From assembly GCA_031259605.1 (NCBI GenBank), contig JAIRLE010000029.1, forward strand, positions 1 through 37,069: a DNA stretch of 37,069 bases, in the 5' to 3' direction. This document shows, piece after piece, positions 28,440 through 35,433 of the stretch (position 1 is the first letter of the stretch; each line of letters begins with the position of its first letter). This DNA is from Zoogloeaceae bacterium (GTDB lineage Bacteria; Pseudomonadota; Gammaproteobacteria; Burkholderiales; Rhodocyclaceae). The position numbers and the translations under genes were made by a program. The notes below the pieces were generated by a model that worked only from the letters and a program-made list of their open reading frames with translations, had not been told where the DNA came from and searched no databases.

Positions 28440-29661
28440 GGAAAGCAAGGATCTGATTGTCGCCCTGGATATCGGCACCTCCATGATCGTGGCGCTGGTG
28501 GCGGAATTGACGGTGGAAGGCGAACTGAACGTCATCGGCAGGGGCATGCACGACTCGCGCGGCCTGAAAAATGGCGTGGTGGTGAATATCGAGGAGACCG
28601 TGGACGCCATTTCCGGGGCCATCGCCGAAGCGGAATTGATGGCGGACTGCAAGGTGGAGATGGTCTATACCGGCATTGCGGGCAGTCACATCAGAAGTTT
28701 CAATTCTGACGGCATGGTGGCGATCACCGACAAGGAAGTCAGTCCGCCCGATGTGGCGCGGGCATTGGAAACCGCGCGCGCGCGTCCCATGCCCACGGAT
28801 CAGGAAGTCCTGCATGTCCTGCCCCAGGAATTCGTCATCGACGGCCAGGGCGGCATCCGCGAACCCATCGGCATGAGCGGGATGCGCCTGGAAGTCAAGG
28901 TGCATATCGTCACCGGCGCGATCTCCGCTGCCCAGAACATCATCAAATGTGTGCGCCGTTGCGGGCTGGAAGTGAGCAACATCGTGTTGCAACCGCTGGC
29001 TTCCAGCTACGCGGTGCTTTCGCAGGACGAAAAGGATCTGGGCGTGTGCATGGTGGATATTGGCGGCGGCACGACCGACATCGCCATCTGGACGCGCGGC
29101 GCGATTCGTCATACGGCGGTCATTCCGGACGCGGGCGATCTGGTGACGACCGATATCGCCATGATGCTGCACACGCCAAGGCGCGACGCCGAAGACCTCA
29201 AGTGCCGCTACGGTTGCGCCTTGGCGCAATTGACCGATCCGGAGGATTTCCTGGACGTGCCCGGCGTGGACGAGCGTCCGCCGCGCAAGGTTTCACGGCA
29301 TACGCTGGCGAACGTGATTCAGGCCAGGGTGGAGGAAATTTACGAAAAAGTCCTGAAGGAAATCATCCGCGCCGGTTATGGCGAAGTGCTTTCCTCCGGC
29401 ATCGTCATTACCGGCGGCGCTTCGCTCATGCCGGGCATGGTCGAGCTGGGCGAGGAAATTTTCCACATGTCGGTGCGCCAGGCCACGCCCAAGTATTCGG
29501 GCGGGCTTTCGGACGTGGTGCGCAACGCGCGGTTTTCCACCGCCTACGGGCTGTTGATGGTGGCGCAGGAAGAATGCCGCCGCGGCCTGAAAATCGAGAA
29601 AAAACGCACCCTGCGAGATGGCTGGAACGATCTGGTCGCTTGGTTTGGAAAGAATTTTTAA
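28432..29661 (+). CDS. ftsA: Cell division protein FtsA
   Basis: Start at ATG 28432. VALDIGTS, GIAGSHIRS, HVLPQEF, VDIGGGTTD, ITGGAS, C-terminal amphipathic helix WFGKNF. Confidence 0.97.
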   Translation: MSKESKDLIVALDIGTSMIVALVAELTVEGELNVIGRGMHDSRGLKNGVVVNIEETVDAISGAIAEAELMADCKVEMVYTGIAGSHIRSFNSDGMVAITDKEVSPPDVARALETARARPMPTDQEVLHVLPQEFVIDGQGGIREPIGMSGMRLEVKVHIVTGAISAAQNIIKCVRRCGLEVSNIVLQPLASSYAVLSQDEKDLGVCMVDIGGGTTDIAIWTRGAIRHTAVIPDAGDLVTTDIAMMLHTPRRDAEDLKCRYGCALAQLTDPEDFLDVPGVDERPPRKVSRHTLANVIQARVEEIYEKVLKEIIRAGYGEVLSSGIVITGGASLMPGMVELGEEIFHMSVRQATPKYSGGLSDVVRNARFSTAYGLLMVAQEECRRGLKIEKKRTLRDGWNDLVAWFGKNF

Positions 29662-29698
29662 CCCTTTCATTTTTAACTTTTGCAAAACGGAGGCAGCG

Positions 29699-30862
29699 AT
29701 GTTTGAAATCATTGATAAACAGGAAGCGGATGGCGCCATCAAGGCGGATACCATCATCAAGGTGGTGGGCGTAGGCGGCGCGGGCGGCAATGCCGTGGAT
29801 CACATGATCCGCGAGGGCGTGCAGGGCGTGGAATTCATCGCCGCCAATACGGACGCGCAGGCGCTGAGGAACTGCCAGGCCGCCAACAAGCTGGCGCTCG
29901 GCACCCTGGGCGCGGGCGGCAGGCCGGAAGCGGGGCGGGCGGCGGCGGAAAGCCACCGCGAAGACATCCGCAAGTATCTGGAGGGTACGCGCATGGTGTT
30001 CATCACCGCCGGCATGGGTGGCGGCACCGGTACGGGTGCCGCGCCCATCGTTGCCGAAGTGGCGCGGGAAATGGGCGTGCTCACCGTTGGCGTCGTTTCC
30101 AAGCCTTTCAGTTTCGAGGGCGGCAAGCGCATGAAGAATGCCGAAACGGGCATCATCGAATTTTCGCAGCATGTCGATTCGCTGATTGTCATCCTGAACG
30201 ACAAGCTCCAGGAAGTCATGGGCGAGGACGCGGGCGTGGACGAGTGTTTCCGGGCGGCGGACGATGTGCTGAAAAACGCCGTCGGCGGCATTTCCGAGAT
30301 TGTCACCAATCATGGCCTGGTCAATGTCGACTTCGAGGACGTGTGTACCGTGATGGGCGAAACCGGACGCGCCATGATGGGTTCCGCCAGCGCCAGCGGG
30401 CTTGACCGCGCGCGCATCGCCGCGGAACAGGCAGTGGCTTCGCCGCTCCTGGAAAGCGTCAATCTTGCGGGGGCGCGCGGCGTACTGGTCAATATCACCG
30501 CCGCGCGCGCTTCCCTGCGGATGCGGGAAGTCACCGAGGTCATGGCGACCATCGAGAATTTCGCCGCCGAAGACGCGCACATCATCTTTGGCGCGGTCTA
30601 CGACGAGCACATGGGCGACCAACTGCGCGTCACCGTGGTGGCGACCGGCTTGGGCCAAGTACAAGCCCAGGAAACCGAACGCCCGCCGCTCACGGTCATC
30701 AGAACCGGCACGCACGATCAGTTCGGCAATCCCGATCCTGGCTACGATCCGGAAATTCCCGCCGCTGTCCGCCGGGGCCGCCGCGCCACCATTGCCGCGC
30801 TGGAAAACAGCGGGATTCCCAAGCAGGACATTCCGTCTTTTTTACGCAAACAGGCGGATTGA
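29699..30862 (+). CDS. ftsZ: Cell division GTPase FtsZ
   Basis: Start at ATG 29699 after a GGAGG RBS. IKVVGVGGAGGNAV, NTDAQAL, AGMGGGTGTGAAP, NVDFEDV, C-terminal DIPSFLRKQAD. Confidence 0.99.
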   Translation: MFEIIDKQEADGAIKADTIIKVVGVGGAGGNAVDHMIREGVQGVEFIAANTDAQALRNCQAANKLALGTLGAGGRPEAGRAAAESHREDIRKYLEGTRMVFITAGMGGGTGTGAAPIVAEVAREMGVLTVGVVSKPFSFEGGKRMKNAETGIIEFSQHVDSLIVILNDKLQEVMGEDAGVDECFRAADDVLKNAVGGISEIVTNHGLVNVDFEDVCTVMGETGRAMMGSASASGLDRARIAAEQAVASPLLESVNLAGARGVLVNITAARASLRMREVTEVMATIENFAAEDAHIIFGAVYDEHMGDQLRVTVVATGLGQVQAQETERPPLTVIRTGTHDQFGNPDPGYDPEIPAAVRRGRRATIAALENSGIPKQDIPSFLRKQAD

Positions 30863-30915
30863 CGGCAGCGTCGGACAGAGGGCGGAAAGATTGCGGCTTT
30901 GCCGGAGGGAACAAT

Positions 30916-31018
30916 GCCCTCTCCCGGTCTTCGGCCACCCTCTCCCCGATGGGGAGAGGGAGAAAATATTCCTGCTCCCGCAGGCGGGAGAGGGTAGCGC
31001 GTAGCGCCGGGAGAGGGC
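30916..31018. repeat. 103-bp palindromic REP/MITE-like element with 12-bp terminal inverted repeats
   Basis: TIRs GCCCTCTCCCGG (30916-27) and CCGGGAGAGGGC (31007-18). Internal hairpins CCCTCTCCCC-GAT-GGGGAGAGGG and CTCCCG-CAGG-CGGGAG. Resembles the widespread CCCTCTCCC...GGGAGAGGG intergenic palindrome family. Confidence 0.8.
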
Positions 31019-31193
31019 TTGCGCCCTGCGCGAACGGTACGCAAAATCCATAAAGGTCTTATAATCGGCAGTTGCCGTTATTTCCCGCGCAACCGCGTGG
31101 CGCGATTACGGTTCTTCCCGAATTTTCCCGCGCAGCAGAAACGCGCATTGCCGTCCGCATGGATTGCGGGGCGGCGGCCGGAGAACAAAGACA

Positions 31194-33200
31194 ATGGAAA
31201 TAACCTTGTGGGGCGTGCGCGGCAGCATGGCCTCGCCCGCGCGGGATACCGCCTTTTATGGCGGCAATACCGCTTGTATAGAATTGCGCAGCAATGCGGG
31301 AACGCTCGTTTTTTTCGACGCGGGAACAGGATTGCGCGAAGCGGGCGGCAGCTTGCCGGACAGTGGCGAATGTCATCTGTTCATCACCCATGCCCATGCC
31401 GATCACATCATTGGCCTGTGGTTTTTCAAGCCGCTGCATTTGCCGAGCTGGACCGTGCATTTGTATCTGCCCAACTGGCTTGGTTATCTGCCGGATTACT
31501 TTTTCGCGGGCGGCATTTTCCCCGTGCCTTTCAACAGCTTGAAGGGCAATATCATCCAGTATTCCATCGGCGCGAATGAGGAAGTCTGCATCGGCGCGGA
31601 CAAAATGCGCGTTACCGCCCTGCCGACCTGTCATCCCGATGACTGTCTGGCGTATCGCGTCGATGTCGACGCGGCGCGTTTCTTTTACAGCGGCGACCAC
31701 GAAATCAAGGCGGACGCCGCGTCACGCGCCGCCGCCCGCGAGATGCTGTCCGGCGCGGACATCGCCGTGGTGGACGCTACTTACGAGCGCAGCGACTACA
31801 AGGAAGACTGGGGGCATTCGACCTGGGAAGACTGGGCGGATGCCGCCCAGGACGCGGGGGTGCGCAACCTCGTCCTCACGCATCACGAAGTCGGCAGGAG
31901 CGATCAGGAACTCGACTGCATAGCGCAAAAATTGCGCGCCTGCGAAAATACCGAGGGGCCGGAGGTTTATCTTGCCCGCGAAAGATTGCGCTTTTCGCCA
32001 GAAGGCCCCATTCCCGATGTCTTCCTGGAAAGCGACTGGATGTTGCATTTTCTGGATGAACTGTCGCATTACAAGGACGAAAACGTCACCCTGGATCGTA
32101 TCCTCGCCATGGTGCGCACGGTCACCAACGCCGAAGCGGGCACGATTTTTCTGGTCGATGGCGACGAACTGGCTTTCGCCTATACGCACAATGACCGCCT
32201 GTTCGCGGTCAGCGACGCCTACAAATACGCCTACGCCACCAGCCGCCTGCCCATTTCCGAGGATTCCATCGCCGGCTATGTTGCCGGCACCGGCAAGACG
32301 CTGAATCTGGATGACGTTCGCCAGTTGCCGCCGAACGTGCCCTATCGCTTCAACGGCAGATTCGACGAAAGCACCGGATACCGCACCAAGTCCATGTTGA
32401 CCGTGCCGTTCCTTGATCTCGAAGGCCGGGTTTCCGGCGTGCTGCAACTCATCAACCACCTTGTCCGGAAAGACCATTCGCCCTCGCCCTTTACGCTCGA
32501 CATGGTCTATACGGCGCGTCTCCTGGCGCGTGAGGCGGGCAGCGTCATCGCGCACAACGCGCTTTACCGGAGAAACGTCTACAACATCCTGAAAATGGCG
32601 CGGGTGCATGATCCTTCCGAAACCGGGCCGCACGCGGAGCGGGTCGGCGCGGTCGCCGCGGAACTGTATCAATGCTGGGCGGAAAAAAACAACCGGCCGA
32701 TCGAGGAAATCCGTTACGAAAAAAGCCGTATCCGCCTGGCCGCCATGTTGCACGACATTGGCAAGGTCGGCATCAGCGATCTGATTTTGAGAAAACAGGG
32801 AAACCTGAGCGAAGAAGAGTATCGCGTCATGCGCAGCCACACCGAACTGGGCGCTTCCATCCTCGCGGAAGAGACGGACAGCATCAGCATGCTGGCGCAT
32901 GACATTGCCCTGCATCATCATCAGAAATGGAACGGCAAGGGCTACGCGGGCAGCGGCGACACGGGGCGGCTTGCCGGCAGGGAAATTCCGCTGGCGGCGC
33001 GCATCACCAGCATTGCCGACGTCTTCGACGCCCTGATTTCTCCGCGCTGCTACAAGGAAGCCTGGGCGTTCGAGGACGCGCTTGCCTTGCTCCGGAAGGA
33101 AGCGGGCCAGCACTTCGATCCCGAACTCGTCGCCTGCATGGAAGAAATCCGCGACATGTTGCCCATGATCTATCGGCGCTTCCCGGATCTGGCGGAGTAA
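31194..33200 (+). CDS. MBL-fold metallohydrolase / GAF / HD-GYP-type phosphohydrolase fusion protein
   Basis: ATG 31194 after a GGAGA RBS. MBL: WGVRGS, YGGNTACIE, DAGTG, THAHADH, SGDHE, WGHSTW, LTHHE. GAF: NAEAGTIFL, SIAGYVAGTGKTLNLDDV, FDESTGYRTKSMLTVPF, GVLQLIN. HD-GYP: ETGPHAERV, AAMLHDIGKVGI, HTELG, HHHQKWNGKGYAG, IADVFDAL, RCYK, GQHFDP. Confidence 0.88.
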   Translation: MEITLWGVRGSMASPARDTAFYGGNTACIELRSNAGTLVFFDAGTGLREAGGSLPDSGECHLFITHAHADHIIGLWFFKPLHLPSWTVHLYLPNWLGYLPDYFFAGGIFPVPFNSLKGNIIQYSIGANEEVCIGADKMRVTALPTCHPDDCLAYRVDVDAARFFYSGDHEIKADAASRAAAREMLSGADIAVVDATYERSDYKEDWGHSTWEDWADAAQDAGVRNLVLTHHEVGRSDQELDCIAQKLRACENTEGPEVYLARERLRFSPEGPIPDVFLESDWMLHFLDELSHYKDENVTLDRILAMVRTVTNAEAGTIFLVDGDELAFAYTHNDRLFAVSDAYKYAYATSRLPISEDSIAGYVAGTGKTLNLDDVRQLPPNVPYRFNGRFDESTGYRTKSMLTVPFLDLEGRVSGVLQLINHLVRKDHSPSPFTLDMVYTARLLAREAGSVIAHNALYRRNVYNILKMARVHDPSETGPHAERVGAVAAELYQCWAEKNNRPIEEIRYEKSRIRLAAMLHDIGKVGISDLILRKQGNLSEEEYRVMRSHTELGASILAEETDSISMLAHDIALHHHQKWNGKGYAGSGDTGRLAGREIPLAARITSIADVFDALISPRCYKEAWAFEDALALLRKEAGQHFDPELVACMEEIRDMLPMIYRRFPDLAE

Positions 33201-33237
33201 TTGCGCCGATGCTCTTTTCTCCGTCGTTAGTTTTACG

Positions 33238-35373
33238 ATGAACCGGCTTTCCCGGCATGCGCACAAAATCCTGGCGCTGGGCATCAGCCTGGGTGTCGTC
33301 GTTGGCATGTTGTTGCTCTATATCGCCCAACCCGCGCTTGTTTCCCGCCTGGATCTGAAAATCTACGATACGCTGCTATCCTTGCGCGCCGCGTCCGCGC
33401 CGCGCTCCGTCGCGCAGGATCTCGTGGTCATCGTCGATATCGACGAAGCGTCGCTGGCCGCATACGGTCAATGGCCATGGCCGCGCTATCGCCTGGCCGA
33501 TCTCATCGATGCGCTCAAGCGTCATCAGGTTGCCGCCATTGGCGTCGATATCCTGTTTTCCGAAGCGGATCGCGCATCCCCCAGCGAAATGCGCGCCGCC
33601 CTGCAACGCGACCACGGACTGAATCTCGACTTTCGCGGCCTGCCCGAGCGGCTGTATGACCATGACCGGCACTTTGCCGGATCCCTGGCGCAAGCGCCCG
33701 CCGTGCTGGGCATGTACGGACGCTTCGACGACCCGTTGCCGACGTTGTCGACGGCGCCGCCCGACCCCGGTATCCGCGTCATCGCCCGCAGTCATCCCGG
33801 CGACTTGCCTTTTGCGGCGCAACTGCCTGTCCTCTCAGGCATCCGCCAGCCCCATGAATCCTTGCGCGGCGCCGCGCCATCGGGATTCTTCAACGTCGCG
33901 CCCGACTGGGACGGCATCGTGCGGCAAGCGCCGCTCCTGATGCGAATTGAAGAAAACATCTATCCCTCGCTTGCCCTGCGTACCCTGATGCGCGCGCTGG
34001 AAATCGAAAACGTCATCGTGGAATCCGGCGTGGATGGGCTTTCCGCGGTACGCGTGGGCGATTATCGCGTTCCGGTTTCCGCGAGCGGCATGATGCACAT
34101 TCCTTTCATCGGACCGCGCAAGACCTACGCGTATGTCAGCGCCCACGACGTATTGAGCGGCGCGCTCCCGCCGGACGCCCTGCAAGGGCGCATTGTCTTC
34201 ATCGGCACTTCCGTCCCTGGCCTGCTGGATATTCGCGCTACGCCGTTTGATCCGATATATCCGGGCGTGGAAATCCATGCCGCCGTGATTGACGCCATCC
34301 TGGCGCAAAACGCCATCGATGTTCCCTTCTGGACGCCCTTCCTGCAATGCCTGGGCATTCTCTTCGCCGGTCTTGCCGCCGCCGCCGCCTTCGGCATGGC
34401 GCGTCCCCGCGTCTACCTGCCTCTTGCCCTGTGCCTTGTGGCCGCCGTCATCTGGGGCGCGCGCTTCCTCTTCATGCAGGGACTTTTTCTTTCGCCGTTG
34501 TACATCGTGCTGACCATTGCCGCCCAGGGCGCAAGCCTGCTGTTCCTGCGCTTTTGGCAGGAAGAAAAGCAAAAGCTCATCTTGAGGAACGCCTTTTCCC
34601 ACTATGTTTCCCCCGAAATCGTCAAACGCATCACCCGGGCGCGCGGCGACCTGCTGGCAGGCGAAGAACGCGAGCTTTCCATCCTGTTTACCGACATCCG
34701 GGGCTTTACCTCCATTTCGGAACGGCTCACGCCGCAACAGACCGTCGCCCTCCTGAATCGCTACTTCACGCCCATGACCGCGCTGGTGCGCGAAAGCGGC
34801 GGCACTGTGGACAAATTCATCGGCGACGCCCTCATGGCCTTCTGGAACGCGCCGCTGGATGTGCCAAACCACGCCATCCGCGCCGTATCCGCCGCGCTCG
34901 CCATGCAGGAGACGCTCTCCAGACTGAACGCCGGACTCCAGGCCGAATTCGGCATAACCCTCACCATCGGCGCGGGCATCCACACGGGGCCGGCCTATGT
35001 CGGCAACATGGGTTCGGCGGATACCGTCAATTACACCCTGATTGGCGACAACGTCAACATCGCCTCGCGCCTGGAAGGACTTTGCGCTCAATACGGCGTT
35101 CCCGTGATCGTCAGCGAAGCCACCAAAACGCAGTGCGGCGAGCATTTCGCCTTCCGCTTCCTGGATACCCTGCGCGTCAAGGGCAAACAACACCCGATCA
35201 GCATCTACCAGGCACTGTCCATGGCGGACGGCGGTTCGGAGGACAGGGGGCAGGAGACAAAGGACAGAGCGACCGCTTTGCGGCCTTTGGAATCGGCAGG
35301 GGCGGCGCGATCCGCCGCCTGCGGCAATCAGAACGGAGCCAATCATGCCGGACACGCGACAACAGACCATTGA
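33238..35373 (+). CDS. CHASE2-domain membrane adenylate cyclase (class III)
   Basis: CHASE2: VVIVDIDEASL...GQWPWPR, GVDILFSE, DGIVR, YPSLAL, GRIVFIG, YPGVEIHA. Three TM helices. Cyclase: FSHYVSP, LFTDIRGFTSISE, VDKFIGDALMAFW (Lys, ATP-specifying), GIHTG, GNMGS, YTLIGDNVNIASRLEG, VKGK. Confidence 0.92.
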   Translation: MNRLSRHAHKILALGISLGVVVGMLLLYIAQPALVSRLDLKIYDTLLSLRAASAPRSVAQDLVVIVDIDEASLAAYGQWPWPRYRLADLIDALKRHQVAAIGVDILFSEADRASPSEMRAALQRDHGLNLDFRGLPERLYDHDRHFAGSLAQAPAVLGMYGRFDDPLPTLSTAPPDPGIRVIARSHPGDLPFAAQLPVLSGIRQPHESLRGAAPSGFFNVAPDWDGIVRQAPLLMRIEENIYPSLALRTLMRALEIENVIVESGVDGLSAVRVGDYRVPVSASGMMHIPFIGPRKTYAYVSAHDVLSGALPPDALQGRIVFIGTSVPGLLDIRATPFDPIYPGVEIHAAVIDAILAQNAIDVPFWTPFLQCLGILFAGLAAAAAFGMARPRVYLPLALCLVAAVIWGARFLFMQGLFLSPLYIVLTIAAQGASLLFLRFWQEEKQKLILRNAFSHYVSPEIVKRITRARGDLLAGEERELSILFTDIRGFTSISERLTPQQTVALLNRYFTPMTALVRESGGTVDKFIGDALMAFWNAPLDVPNHAIRAVSAALAMQETLSRLNAGLQAEFGITLTIGAGIHTGPAYVGNMGSADTVNYTLIGDNVNIASRLEGLCAQYGVPVIVSEATKTQCGEHFAFRFLDTLRVKGKQHPISIYQALSMADGGSEDRGQETKDRATALRPLESAGAARSAACGNQNGANHAGHATTDH

Positions 35374-35427
35374 CCGCAGACGACAAAGCGCGCAGCGCGC
35401 GCGCCGTCTTCTGTCCTCTCTCTTCTG
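35239..35427. repeat. Element bounded by inverted arrays of degenerate heptamers (consensus GAGGACA / TGTCCTC)
   Basis: Left array GAGGACA-GGGGGCA-GGAGACA-AAGGACA (35239-35266). Right array CGTCTTC-TGTCCTC-TCTCTTC-TG (35405-35427). Short internal hairpins CCGC-TTT-GCGG and GCGCGC-A-GCGCGC. Confidence 0.65.
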
Positions 35428-35433
35428 AACGCC

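Noticed and set aside
31019-31193. lpxC pseudogene remnant after ftsZ
   Set aside because: No LpxC-like peptide (e.g. QRTL, GVGLHSG) in the translations covering this interval.
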